From positions 10,540,001 through 10,604,000 of the forward strand of contig JBHGNT010000014.1 in the NCBI GenBank assembly GCA_043228905.1: a DNA stretch of 64,000 nt, written 5' to 3'. The first letter of the stretch is position 1, and each line of letters begins with the position of its first letter. This stretch comes from Azolla caroliniana. Its lineage: Eukaryota > Plantae > Polypodiophyta. Of the stretch, positions 1 to 12,009 are shown one piece after another. Under the pieces are notes generated by a model. The model was not told where the DNA came from and ran no database searches. It was given only the letters and a program-made list of their open reading frames with translations. Both the position numbers and the translations under genes were made by a program.

Positions 1-1760
1 GCAGGCACATGTATCACATGTTTTCACGAATTCTTTAACAAGTGTCCAAGGTTGTGGCCACCAATAACTTCTAGATATTAACTCCAAAGTTTTTGCAATG
101 CCAAAATGTCCGGCTAGGGCATCATCATGGCATTCCCTGACTGATACAGTTACGAAAAGGATCATCTGGGACATACATTAAGTTGTACCGGAAAAGAAAA
201 CCATCCCGAAATATAAATTGGTGATGAATATTCCGTACCTCGCCTTTGGATGAGTTGTTAACATTGTCCCTAATCTCTTGTGCAAATTTGTCAATGGCAG
301 TATTTGTGGCTATTGCATTGAGTAATGATTCATCCATGGCCATATAAGTTGCACAGAGTTGAAATTGATGTGGCTATAGGAGACAATGTGATTGTTGATT
401 TTAGGCTGCATCCCCTGACCAAATTTCCAATTCCGAACATCGAGATAGGGCATCGACTTTACCATGTTGGGCCAGGACGAAAAACAATTTCAAAGTCGCA
501 ATCAGCCAAGAAGGTCAACCATCGTGCTTGCCTTCAATTCAAAATGTGAGTATTGGTGAAGTAGACAAAGTTCTTTTGATCAATCATCACCTGGATACGG
601 TGTTGGGCGCCCGCCAAGTAAGGACACCATTCTTCAAAGGCGGCGATAATGGTAGAGAGTTCTTTGCCATAAATTGGGTAGTTGATATCGGGGGGTGTGA
701 ACTTCCTAGAATATAAGGCAATAGGATGAAGGATCCCGTTTTTATCTGATTGAGAGAGAATGGCACCCATGGCGAAGTCAGAGGCATAAGTTTCGACTAT
801 AAATGGTTTGATCAAATCTGGATGAAAAAGTACCAGAGTCGAGGTAAAAGCTTTCTTTAGTGTCTCGAATGTCAGTTGGGTTGTTGGAGTCCAGCAAAAA
901 GGGGAATCCTTCCGAGTGAGTGGTATAAGTGGTTGTGCTAGTGTAAGGAATCCTTGGATGAATCGACGATAGAAGTTGACAAAACCCAAAAATGTTTGTA
1001 CATCCTTGACCTTGGTGGGGACTTCCCACTCTTGAACGGTTGCGACTTTCTTCTTGTCCATATTGAGACCATAAGATGAAATGACGTACCCGAGGAACTC
1101 AACTGAGGTTCGATCAAATTCACACTTCCTGGGTTTCGCATAAAGTCCATGTTCCCGAAGTTTGGACAAGATAAGTCACACGTGCTTGCTATGCTCTATG
1201 TAGTCCTATGAGAAGATAAGTATGTCGTCGAGATTGATGACCACAAATTCGTCTAGATATTTTCAAAAGATATCATTCATCATATGTTGAAAAACAACAG
1301 GAGTGTTTGTGAGACCAAATGGCATACCATGTATTCAAAATGCTCGTACTTGGTTTGAAATACCGTTTTCCACTCATCTCCAGGCTTGATACATACCAAG
1401 TTGTAGGCGCCTCTGAAATCGATTTTGGAGAATATACGCCCAGCCCGACGTCGGTCGAGGAGTTCGAGGATTAGAGGCAGTGAATAGCGGTTTCGAACAG
1501 TGACTCAATTGAGCCCGCAATAGTCGACACATAAGCATAGAGTTCCATCTTTCTTTTTGACAAATAGAATAGGAGAGTCAGCTGGAGATTTTGAGTGGCG
1601 AGTGAATCCCTTTGCGAGATACTCTTCAATGTATATTTTCAGGGCCTTGAGTTTAGGTTCAAATAACTCATAGATAGAGCCAAAAGGAGGACAAACACCA
1701 TCTTTCAAGTCAATTGGACAATCGTATGGGTGATGTTCACGAAGACGATCAGCATTTTCT
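1..1760 (-). pseudogene. gypsy pol remnant (RT-RNase H-start of integrase)
   Basis: ORFs 1505-1708, 534-1169 and 125-343 are consecutive pieces of a Tf2-type pol. Confidence 0.9.
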
Positions 1761-2374
1761 TCTCCAATACATCAGAGAAATCATTGTATTTTGATGGAAA
1801 AGAGCTACTACATAGGGTAGTGTCTGGAGTGGACATGACCGCCATGTCCTTAGAATTAGAAATGGATGCAATTAACACCGTATCAATTACCCGAGCAAGA
1901 GTGGAATCTGTTTCTGAGGCTGATGCGGTTTGAACTATCGATGTAGTTTCTATTGGAGCAATCGATGACATGGTTCTTGTTGAAGAGGAAATGGGAGTGA
2001 CCACTAACGTGGTCCTTACCAGAGGAGAAATGGGAGTTTCCATCGAAACATGAGTGGGAGCAATCGTTGATGCGGTCCTCACCGAAGCGGAGACTGAAAT
2101 CGGAGCAACCATTGATGCGGTCCTCACAGGAGCAGAAACTAGAGTTGTCCCCCAAACATGAGTGGGAACAAACCCAATATCCTCACAAACTCGCACCTTC
2201 TTGAAGTCAGCGCTTAATGGGAGGATAATATCATGAACATCGAGTCGAATTTGAGCCTTAGGTCCTTATATATATATATATATATATTTCTCCTAGACAA
2301 ACTTTAGACTTTAAACCTTTGTATAAAGAGTGGTATGTAAGACTCAGTATGTAAGACTTAGTATGTAAGATTAT

Positions 2375-2868
2375 GTGAGCTGACGAAATTCAGATGCATA
2401 GATTGATGTTGCATGTTCTCCTTGTTGTAACGGATATAGTTTGTTGAGTGTGACTTGTCATTTGCCGGTCTCCCCGAAAGTTGCCTCATATTCAGTAAGA
2501 AATGCTTGTAAATCATTCAAGAGAGGCAAAGAAGCCTCCACTAGAGGGGCAAACCAAGCTTGCGCTTGTCTTGTCAGCAACATGCCCATCAGTCCAACTT
2601 GTCAAAAGTCATCAGAATATCTTTGGGGTTGAAGACGAATAATAAGACGGATTTGGTTGATGAAGATTCTTAATCGTGACCTTTTTCCATCGAATTTTTC
2701 GGGCAAGATGACATTAGGTTCTACATCATAAGGGTCAATAATCGGGTGAGGTATAATCGTCGTCGCTGCCTAAAGTTCTTGAACAGAGTTTCGTAAGTTC
2801 GCATTCTCATGTTGGAATTGTTGCGGCTCCACCAAAATTTGCTCAAGGTTACTAGATGATTCTGACAT
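2375..2868 (-). pseudogene. gypsy gag remnant
   Basis: ATG at 2868 (MSESSSNLEQIL...), EKFDGKRSRL..., YASEFRQL, with internal stops. Truncated at the junction with an inverted LTR piece. Confidence 0.75.
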
Positions 2869-2914
2869 GATAGTGTATTGAGAAAGAAGACAAAAAGAAG
2901 GAACGAGATGAATC

Positions 2915-3293
2915 TGTCACGGATGAACAATTGGAAGACAAAGAGATGGCTAAGTTGATGAGATGGAGAGATGGAGAAGTTGATGACAATGAGTAAGAAT
3001 ATTTATTCCATGACTGGTGTTGATCTCCTTGATGCTAACAAGGGAGATCAACCCTTTTTATACATATAGTAACGCATGATAAGCATGCTCATGCAAAGTC
3101 ATACATACTATAATAACAAGCATACTGATTCTTGCATGCCAAGTCTTATATACTCAATCTTACATACTAAGTCTTACATACTCAGTCTTACATACCACTC
3201 TTTATACAAAGGTTTAAAGTCTAAAGTTTGTTTGGGAGAAATATATATATATATGAGGACCTAAGGCTCAAATTCAACTCGATGTTCCTAACA
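2915..3293 (-). repeat. 5' LTR of the Tf2/Tcn1-like gypsy element
   Basis: Reads TG...CA on the minus strand, contains TATAAAA and AATAAA, and lies just upstream of gag. The inner boundary is inferred. Confidence 0.6.
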
Positions 3294-4240
3294 GGTAATT
3301 ATTTCTTTATTCTCAAACAAGACATAATTACTGACCAAAAAAAAAAGAAATCTAAAAATAAGTGAGATAAATATGGAATTAGTGAATGTTTTCATTGAGA
3401 ATCAACAATTCTTACTTACCAAGTATTACACATTCTATTAAGGATACAAATTATATTTTTTCATTCAGAGCAATTGGACGAGTTAGAGATGTTGTTCATT
3501 TAGAGGTAAAGGAAATATTAAACAAGGGAGATAACCAGTTGAGCTCCAAAAGCAAAACATCAGTTTGTAAAGGCTTGCTCATTACCACTTACAAAAGGTA
3601 GTCCAAAAAAAAAACTTCGAAAAAATTGCTATACAAAAATTTGGATTAATGAATTAAAAGTACAAGGGGCCTTACACTCGGTAGTTATTTCTTTATTCAG
3701 AAACAAGACATAATTAATGCGCCGAAAAAGAAATCTGAAAATTAGTGAGATAAATATGAGATTAGTGTTTGCTTTCTTTGAGAGTCAACAAATCTTAGTT
3801 AAAATTGATTGGGAAACTCCTTCCTCATGTTCATATTTCTTCTCATATTCTCATGTACTTGAACCTATAAATTCGAACTACATATAAACCACATGAATAT
3901 ATGATGATTCTATTATAATTTATGTATGTTATAAAAGCAAGATGAGGCTACAAACCATGTTGTTTCATGTATTTCATTAGAAGTTAACTAACAAGATACA
4001 CGCACTAAAAAAGAAAGACAGATTAACGTTGGTCCAAATCGTCAGCAAAAACATCGAAAGGAGGTAAAAATCGATTGATCTATAGAAGTGTTTCGGCTCA
4101 ACGAATTGCAACGACACAATGGGTTAGCAAAATTGCATTCATTGATGAGAAAACCAGGGCTCTTTACTCATTGAAATATGAAACATATATAATCCACTAA
4201 AACCAAGTCTATTGAATGAGCAAAATGCATGAATTGGCGT

Positions 4241-4314
4241 TGCCTTCGTTGTGAGTTGAACTCAAGTCCTCCCTTTTACTAAGCAAGTGCTCTAACCAAC
4301 TGAGCTATGAAAGC
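4241..4314 (-). pseudogene. tRNA-Thr(AGT) pseudogene
   Basis: Minus strand reads GCTTTCATAGCTCAGTTGGTTAGAGCA-cttgc-TT-AGT-AA-aaggg-AGGACTTGAGTTCAACTCACAACGAAGGCA, close to plant tRNA-Thr(AGT). A and B boxes are intact; anticodon and T stems are mispaired. Confidence 0.85.
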
Positions 4315-5134
4315 AGCTTTTCAATACAAACACCACGTAGAAAAATCTTGGATATTGCCACATAGAAAAGATAGTCCAGTAAATTAAGCTTCAAAAAAAT
4401 TGGTATAGATAATTTGGATTCATAAGTTAAAAATACAATGAACCTTGCAGTAGGTAGCTATTCGTTATTCACAAACAAGACATAATTATTGTGCCAAAAA
4501 TAAAAATCTAAAAATAAGTGAGATAAATATGGGATTAGTGATTGCTTTCATTAAGAGTCAACAATTCTTAGTTACCAAGTATTACAAATTCAATTAAGGG
4601 TATGAATTATATTTTTTTAATGAGAGCAATTGGACGAGTTAGAGATGTTGTTCATTTAGACATGAACGAAATATTTTCCGCATACTAAACAAGGGAGGTA
4701 ACCAATTGACCTCGAAAAGCAAATCATCAGTTTGTAAAAGCTCGATCATTACCACTTACAAAAGATAGTCCAAGAAATTAAACTTCGAAAAAATTGGTAT
4801 AGATCATTTGGATTAATGAATTAAAAATACAAGGGGCCTTGCACTTGGTAGCTATTTCTTTATTCAGAAAGAAGACATAATTAATGTGCCAAAAAAGAAA
4901 TCTGAAAATAAGAGAGATAAATATGAGATTAGTGATTGTTTTCCTTGAGAGTCAACAAATCTTTGTTAAAAAGTATTAGAGATTCAATTGAGGGAAGCAA
5001 TTATAGTTTTTCAATGAGTTAGAGATTGCATTTATTTAGAGTGAAACTAAGTATCTTTCGCATATTGATTGAGGGAGATAACTAATTGACATACAAAAGG
5101 TAATGAGAAACTTAATTTTTTGCAAGTTTTTAGT

Positions 5135-5208
5135 GCTTTAATAGCTCAGTTGGTTAGAGCATATGGTTGTTAACCATAAGGTTGGAGGTTTAAGCCCTGC
5201 TTGGAGCG
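5135..5208 (+). pseudogene. tRNA-Asn(GTT), probably a pseudogene
   Basis: GCTTTAATAGCTCAGTTGGTTAGAGCA-TATGG-TT-GTT-AA-CCATA-AGGTTGGAGGTTTAAGCCCTGCTTGGAGCG. Anticodon stem is perfect; T loop TTC>TTT and a T-stem mismatch. Confidence 0.85.
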
Positions 5209-5524
5209 ACATGTATTTGAAAAAATAGGTATAATACGTATTTATAAAAAAATGTAAGTAAAACCCCAACAAAAAGCAAAAGAAAAAAAAAAATTTAGTG
5301 AAGAAGAAGATATGAGATGACAACAAAGAAGAAGAAGACAAAAACTTGTCCTGACTCTGAGTGTGATAATCGGATAAGATAGAAGAAGAAGAAGAAGAAG
5401 AAGAAGAGAGAAACCTATTCTGAATGTGATAATCGTAGATGTTGTACGTTTTAGGGTTAGGGTAAATGATGATAATGATAAAGATAGGAATAGGGTTCAC
5501 AATCATGGTAGATTGATAATGTAT

Positions 5525-5972
5525 GTGTGATGATGATGGTGAGAGAGATCATGAATAACAAGACAAGCATTGAGGGGTGGGGGGTGGTGCCTAGAATGGC
5601 TCTACCCCCCTCCCAAGGGGGGTTCAACGTTAGGGAAGAGAAGAGAGAGAGAGAGAGAGATGACAAGAGAGAGATTGAGAGAGAAATGGTTATTGTATTC
5701 ATTCATTCCCCATAAGGGGTTAAATAGGTACAAAGGGGTAGATCCACAAGGGTGCAAGCCCCTTGGGCATTCACACCTAGTCACTCACTCACACCTCTTT
5801 GTATCCACCACATTCACACTCATAATCGTATAAGATTACACATACATTACATCTTTCACCCTCACTTATCAATCACCCGTACATCTCGTACAGTAACAGT
5901 AGATGATTCCTTAATCTATGAAGGCATAATCGTACATAATTACAATTTGAAGTAAAACATCCTGATACACAC
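5525..5972. mobile_element. Possible solo-LTR-like insertion
   Basis: GA-rich and G-run segment with TG.../...CA-like ends inside the 5.2-6.6 kb interruption of the tRNA array. No partner copy or TSD found. Confidence 0.25.
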
Positions 5973-6399
5973 TTACACTAATTTATAGAATAAGTGAATG
6001 TCAACATCCATATTATTACAAGCATAGTACGTAAATTTTGTGCTCGTCTAGCATAACATTCGTTTTCCTACGTTGGAAAACGAATGCAAATGTTATTCAA
6101 ACATTCTTGTGTTTTTTTTTTTGTTTTTTCCCATTTTTAAATATATTTTTAGTTTTTCTTCCTTTTCTTTAGGTTTATTTACCTCATAATAAATAGTAAA
6201 TCCAAAAGTATGGTATTTATCATTCTTTGAGGGTGTTTACCATACTCAAATGATTGAAACATTCGTGAATGTGAATGCACGTATGGTACGTATGGTTCAT
6301 ACTATGATTACAAGTATTTTAGGATGTGAAATGTTTGAATGTCTTATATGCATTTTAGGATCTAGAACTATATTGTGCATCACAAAATTGTGTAAACAT

Positions 6400-6636
6400 A
6401 GATGTTTTTTATAATATTACAGATATTTTTTAAAAAGGTAAATAATTTTCAAATTCTAGTAGTATTTAATGTACTATACGTAAAATACGTATTTTACGTA
6501 TCGTACGTATTTTATAAGTATTTAACATATTAAAAAACATATTTAACGTATTTTTAAATTGGGAGGTACTATACGAGTATTAATACGTTATATATGTATG
6601 GTATCTGTATCGTATCTAACATACCTAACAACCTTG
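6400..6636 (-). mobile_element. Possible DNA-transposon (hAT-like) terminal fragment
   Basis: Dense TACG/CGTA motifs, a 26-bp palindrome (6476-6501), and an end reading CAAGGTTGTTAGG on the minus strand just before the tRNA repeat resumes. Confidence 0.3.
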
Positions 6637-6918
6637 CTTAAGAGTCAACAAATCTTTGTTAAAAAGTATTAGAGATTCAACTGAGGGAAGCAATAAATTT
6701 TTTCAATGATACTAATTGCATGAGTTGGAGATGCCGTTCATTTAGAGGTAAACTAAATATCTTCCACATATTGATTGAGGGAGATAACCAATTGGCAAAC
6801 AATGAGAAACTTAATTTTGTGCAAGTTTTACGTGCTTCAATAACTTAGTTAATTGCCTGAGACAACCAATTGAGATCTAAATGGTAATGAGATACCTAAC
6901 TTTTTACAAAATTTACGT

Positions 6919-6968
6919 GCTTCAAAAGCTCAATTGGCTACAGTGTATGGTTGTTAACAATAAGATCA
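6919..6968 (+). pseudogene. truncated tRNA-Asn(GTT) pseudogene (plus a shorter 5' stub at 6834)
   Basis: gcttcaaaagctcaattggctacagtgtatggttgttaacaataag; the 3' half is deleted. Confidence 0.65.
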
Positions 6969-7320
6969 TATCTCAAGGTTAAATATTCAGCCCATGTACT
7001 TGAACCTATAAATATAAACCACATGAATATATGATGATTGTTTTATAATCTATGTATGTTATCAAAGCAAGATGAGAATACAAAATATGTTATCTCATGT
7101 ATTTCATTAGAAGGTATCTAACAAGATACATGTAATAAGAAACAAAGACAGGTTAACAATGGTCCAAATGCTCAACAAAAACATCGGAATGAGGTTAAAA
7201 TGGATCCATCTATAGAAGTGTTTCGGCCCAACTAATTGTAACGACACAATGGGTTAGCAAAATTGGATTCATGGATGAGAAAACCAGAAATCTTTATTGA
7301 TTGAAATACGAAGTCAACAC

Positions 7321-8606
7321 TGTGGTGTGCATGTGTTCCTATGTACCACCTATTTAGCACACCCTTTTTAGGATGCATGTACCTATGTCGACCCACCCTT
7401 TTAGCACACCCTTTTAAGCTAAGCCAACCCAATGGGTATCTTTAGATCAAATATAAATTGATTAAGAAGTAAGAAGCTAAGTAGGATGGTTTTGATCTCT
7501 TATGTGCATTCCACATATTGGTGGAGAAGCGGGGTTCCAGTCCCCCACCTCCAAGCATTCGCCTCTTTCGCTTCACAGGTATGCATCGCTCTCGCCAGCA
7601 TCAATCACTCAACCCACACTATCTTGTTAGTCTCTAGTAGGAGTATCTCTTCCATTAGCGCCGCCTTAGTTCACCAGTTAGGCCTCCCAACATCCACCAC
7701 TCCCTCCATCCAAGTTCTTTTTGGTGACCACCAATATCTATATACTCATCTCGCATGCAAGCTCATTGCCTCGTCACCTTAGGCGATCTCACTTTCTCAC
7801 ACCACTTTTATGTCTTTCCCTACCAACTCTTCCCCCTCACCTTAGGTTGCCCACTAACTTCTTGTCCTATGAGTTTCTCCGATCTCCCTCCTACCCGATA
7901 GGCGTCCTATACCCCACCTCAGCCAAGTCCAAGAAACTCTCAGTCCACATGAGTATTTCATCTCTATTGGCCAATTGCTAACTCGTTTTCCATCACTAGC
8001 CCCGTCCAAGTATTATCTTATCAGGGTCGCCTGTTCCACGGGGATGTCCTCAACGTTGTTGTAGCTCAACTAGGTGTCCAATAGGTGCTTAAGTTCCCAT
8101 ACCATCCTGAGACAAATGGCCTCCCTGGACATCTCAACGAGATCCTGAAGAAGGAGATTGCCGCTATCATTTATCCATGCAACAAAACTTGGGATCAAAT
8201 CTTGCCTTTCGTCACCCGAGCCTCCAATACATCCGTACAGGTGTGGACACAGATCAACCCTTTTCGAGCACTCTATGGGCGTAACCCTCGCCATCCACTA
8301 GAATCGTCCATTGATGTCCATTCAAAACCTGCCAACATGAATAGTGCCACTTGGGGGGCTCTATCTCCAACATATGCTCCCCCTCCTTCGACAAGCCACT
8401 GCTCTTGTTCCTGTTCTTGTTCCTACTCCTACTCCTGCTCCTCAGTTTCTTGTTTCTCTAAGGGGCGAAATGTGGTGTGCATGTGTTTCTTTGTGCCTCC
8501 CTCTTAAGCTAAGTCAACCCAAATGGGTACCTTTGTATCAACTATAAATTGAGTAAGAAGTAAGAAGCTAACCAGGCTGGTTTTGAGCTCTTATGTGCAT
8601 TCCACA
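7321..8606 (+). mobile_element. Small internally deleted gypsy-derived LTR element (TRIM-like)
   Basis: Direct repeats 7321-7515 and 8471-8606 (TGTGGTGTGC...TTCCACA). PBS TGGTGGAGAAGCGGG at 7519 fits a tRNA-Ala 3' end. Purine tract AGGGGCGAAA precedes the 3' LTR. Internal protease-like and integrase remnants (YHPETNG, NPFRALYGR). No TSD seen. Confidence 0.85.
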
Positions 8607-8663
8607 ATATAATCCACCAAAAACAAGTCTCAAACTAAATGAGCGAGAACCATGAATTGGCTT

Positions 8664-8737
8664 TGCTTTCGTTGTGAGTTGAAGCCAAGTCCTCCTGCTT
8701 ACTAAACATGTGTTCTAACTAACTGAGCTATGAAAGC
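8664..8737 (-). pseudogene. tRNA-Thr(AGT) pseudogene
   Basis: Second copy of 4241-4314 in the same repeat context. Anticodon AGT; T arm is degenerate. Confidence 0.8.
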
Positions 8738-9131
8738 AACTTCTCAATATAAACACCACATAGATAATCCTTGGATATTGCTACATACAAAAGAAAATCC
8801 AAGAAATTGAGCTTCAGCACAATTGGTATAGAGAATTTGGATTGATAAATTAAAAATACAAGGAACCTTGCATTAGGTAGCTATTTCTTTATTCACAAAC
8901 AAGACATAATTACTGCGCATAAAATAAAAATCTAAAAATAAGTGAGATAAATATCGGAATAGTGATTGATTTCATTGAGAGTCAACAAATCTTAGTTACC
9001 AAGTATTACAAATTCGATTAAGTGTACAAATTATATTTTTTTAATCAGAGTGATTGGATGAGTTAGAGATGTCGTTCATTTAGAGCTAAAGGAAATATCT
9101 TCCCCATACTAAACAAGGGAGATAACCAATT

Positions 9132-9762
9132 TGTTAGGAACCGGATGACGAGTACCAGGCTACGGAAGACCCGGTGAGAACCGGATGACGAGTACCTAGA
9201 TACGGAAGACCCGGTGAGAACCGGATGACGTGTACCCGACAAGCGCCGGATGATGCAGGCCCGGTGAGGAGTGCTCACCGGATGAAGGGACATATTCGGA
9301 AATATGTTTCTGAGAGTCCATCGGGGCTATATTTGTAAATAGCCGAAAATTCATATTAGTATAAATATGACTTAGGGCAAACTTTAGTAATGTGTGTTGT
9401 CATTCTTGTTGGCGCAAAATTAGAGCGCAATAGTGTACAGAGAGAGAGAGAGAGAGAGAAAGAAACAAAGAGGTCGTTGCCTCTGTTGTAACCGCCGCCT
9501 GTGGCGAAGATCATGAGCATGAGGTCGTTGCCTCCATGAGCTCACTGTTGTAATCATTGTGATATAGTGATAGTTTGTAGTCTGTGGGCTACCGTGGTTT
9601 TTCCCTAGTTTGGGTTTTCCACGTTAACATCATGTATTCTCTTTTCTTTCCTGTGTACTCTTCTCTCCATTGTGTCGTGCCTTCATTCCCGTTTTTTTTG
9701 TGTTTGATTCTAAGCTTGGTTGTGGCCGATCGTTGCTCATTGGGAGCGCGTAGTTCTTGTCA
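9132..9762 (+). repeat. 5' LTR of outer copia, with a 40-bp tandem subrepeat
   Basis: TG...CA. About 2.5 copies of accggatgacgagtaccnggctacggaagacccggtgaga, versus about 3.5 in the 3' LTR. Confidence 0.93.
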
Positions 9763-9791
9763 AGTGGTATCAGAGCGAAACGACACAGAAA

Positions 9792-11270
9792 ATGGACGAA
9801 TCGTTGGGAGGCATGTTCAAGCTCATCGGCTCCAACTATTCCGTGTGGAAGTCGAAGATGAGGGACATGCTCGTGGTTAAAGATCTTTGGTTGCCGGTTC
9901 AGTTCGAAGACAAGAGACCGGACAAAATCGACACCACGATATGGGAGGTGATGCACATGAAGACAACGGCGTACATACGGTGCTTCATCGACATTAGCCT
10001 ATATAACAACTTCAATGAAGAGACCAAGGCTCATGAGCTCTGGGAGAAGATCGGCATTATGTTTCAGAACAAAAATGATGTTAACCAGGTTTCGGTATTC
10101 CGGAAACTAGTAAGACTCTGGTACCAAGATGGCTCCAGCATGGTGGAGCACATGAATGCCTTCCAGGGGCTCATACACTAGGCAACATCATTGGAAGTAC
10201 CTCTCTCCGATGAGGTACTAGCGCTACTCCTGCTCGGTTCCCTCCCGGATAGCTGGGAGATGTTAGTTGTCACTTTGGGCAACGTTGGGCCGGAAGGGAA
10301 ATGGTTATCCCTAGCAAGAGTTAAGTCGAGCTTGCTAGATGAGGAGGCGCGTCGGAAAGATAAGGATACGAGCTCCGACTCCAAAGCGCTCCTTACCGAA
10401 TCGGAACGTGGAAGACAAAGGAACCGTAGTCCCCAGAACTGGAAGAAGTCGAGGACACGATCAAAGTCAAGGGGGAGGCCTACTTGCTTCTATTGTGGCA
10501 AGCCAGGACTTCCAGAAGAACTGTCGGCATTTCCGAAAAGACAAGGAAACCGATGGTAGCGATTCAAAGCGTACACCAGACCAGAACGGTAAAGACCGGA
10601 GGGGGCTGGACCGGAAGGGAACGACGACAATCGCGGCAAGTGAAGAAGAGTTGATGCTCATCACCAAGGAGAGTGAGCTAAAACTTTCCGGCGACGAGAT
10701 GACCTAGGTGGTCGACTCCGGAGCGTCATTCCACCTTATCCTGGACCGGAAATGCTTCTCATCCTACTCAGCCGATGATCACGGTTGTGTCTGGATGGGG
10801 AATGAAGGTACATGTTGAATTGTCGGCATAGGAGACGTGTGGTTGACAACACCAACCGGATGCAAGCTGCTGCTAAAGGATGTCTGACATGTTCCGGAGG
10901 TTCGTCTGAACCTGATATCAGCCGGTCAGCTAGATGATGAAGGCTACACGGGTAGCATCCGGAACGGTGTTATGAAGTTCAGCAAAGGGAGCCTGATTGT
11001 GGCTCAGGCCCGGAAGGTAAACACACTGTACCTGATGAATGCTCGACACTACCGGTGAGCTTTGGCACAAGAGGCTGTGTCACATGAGCAAGAAGGGGAT
11101 GAAGAGGCTTGTAGACGACAACCTCTTTCCAGTGAAGAACGTGCACTTGGAGAAGTGCACTGACTGTCTGGCCGGTAAACAAAACCGGACCTCCTTCTGA
11201 TCGAGGCCACCGATGAGACGTAATGCACCAATGGAGTTGGTGCATACTGATGTATGTCAAGTGGACACGA
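9792..11270 (+). pseudogene. copia gag-protease-GAG-pre-integrase (5' part)
   Basis: LLLGSLPDSWE, CFYCGKPG knuckle, VVDSGASFH, ELVHTDVCQVD, with stops and frameshifts. Confidence 0.92.
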
Positions 11271-12009
11271 TGTGCTGAAGAAAACCGTCCCTAGGCGGAA
11301 TCCGATTTTAGCGTGCGTAAACCGGTTCTTACACGCGAGCACACTTTTCGTTGTATGGTAAGTAGGTAGGTACAAGTCGGGTTAGGTGAAATCCTAGGTA
11401 GCACGCATTCAATAGGGAAAGAATCGTGGTGTATCTCTGTCCGAAAGTATAGAGAATTAATGTGATGTAACGGATGATAACGGCCTCCCTCCTTGAGCTA
11501 TAAAAGAGAGGGAGAGGAATGAAAAAGATATCGCGCATTAGAGAGGACGAAGTGCTGTCGGACTAGGACTGAGCCCTTCTCCTCTGCCTCTCTCCATAGC
11601 CATTTTTGCACAGGTTTTCGGGAGGCCGACTCTGCTCCGAGGAATGCCCGTGTGCTTCCGGCAGAGTTTCCATCTCGCTCTTCTGTGTGTGAGTGAACAG
11701 GCGTCGGTGTTCGCCTTGCCGGCCTGTTAGTTGTAACCGTCTCGATATATATACATATATTAATATACATACGTGTTCATATACTCAGACTTCTAGTCGT
11801 CTCATTTTGCTGTGTTGTTGGACTGTGATTCCTGTATGCTCCCGTGTCTGTGTGTGTGCAAGAGCGTCTGCTGCCTTTCCGCTCTCCTCTTTCTCGGCTA
11901 TTTCTTGGTCCAAGACCCCGGTGGTCCCGCCTTGTTTCCCCACGCACGCGAGTAACAACGCGACATATTTGGTGAACCCGACGTGAACAGGTAGCAGAGG
12001 AGTAGAGAG

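Larger units (their letters stand above)
1..3293 (-). mobile_element. Ty3/gypsy LTR retrotransposon (Tf2/Tcn1-like), degenerate, running off the left edge of the window
   Basis: On the minus strand: LTR starting TGTTAG at 3293, gag (EKFDG..., AQAWF), RT (SPILFVKKKDGTLCLCVDY; FLGFVNFYRRFI), RNase H (VETYASDFAMGAILSQ) and integrase zinc finger (H..GHFG..KT..YWWP..CDTC at 1-130). Many stops and frameshifts. Confidence 0.92.
3294..9131. repeat. Degenerate ~1.4-kb tandem repeat carrying tRNA-Thr and tRNA-Asn pseudogenes (left part, interrupted by insertions)
   Basis: Blocks such as 'ggtagctatttctttattcacaaacaagacataatta' recur at ~3294, 3680, 4452, 4848 and 8875, and 'catgtacttgaacctataaa' at ~3852 and 6993. 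The array resumes at 30485 beyond the copia insertion. Confidence 0.88.

Noticed and set aside
5451-5463. Telomeric repeat (TTAGGG x2)
   Set aside because: Only two units; expected by chance or as a telo-box.
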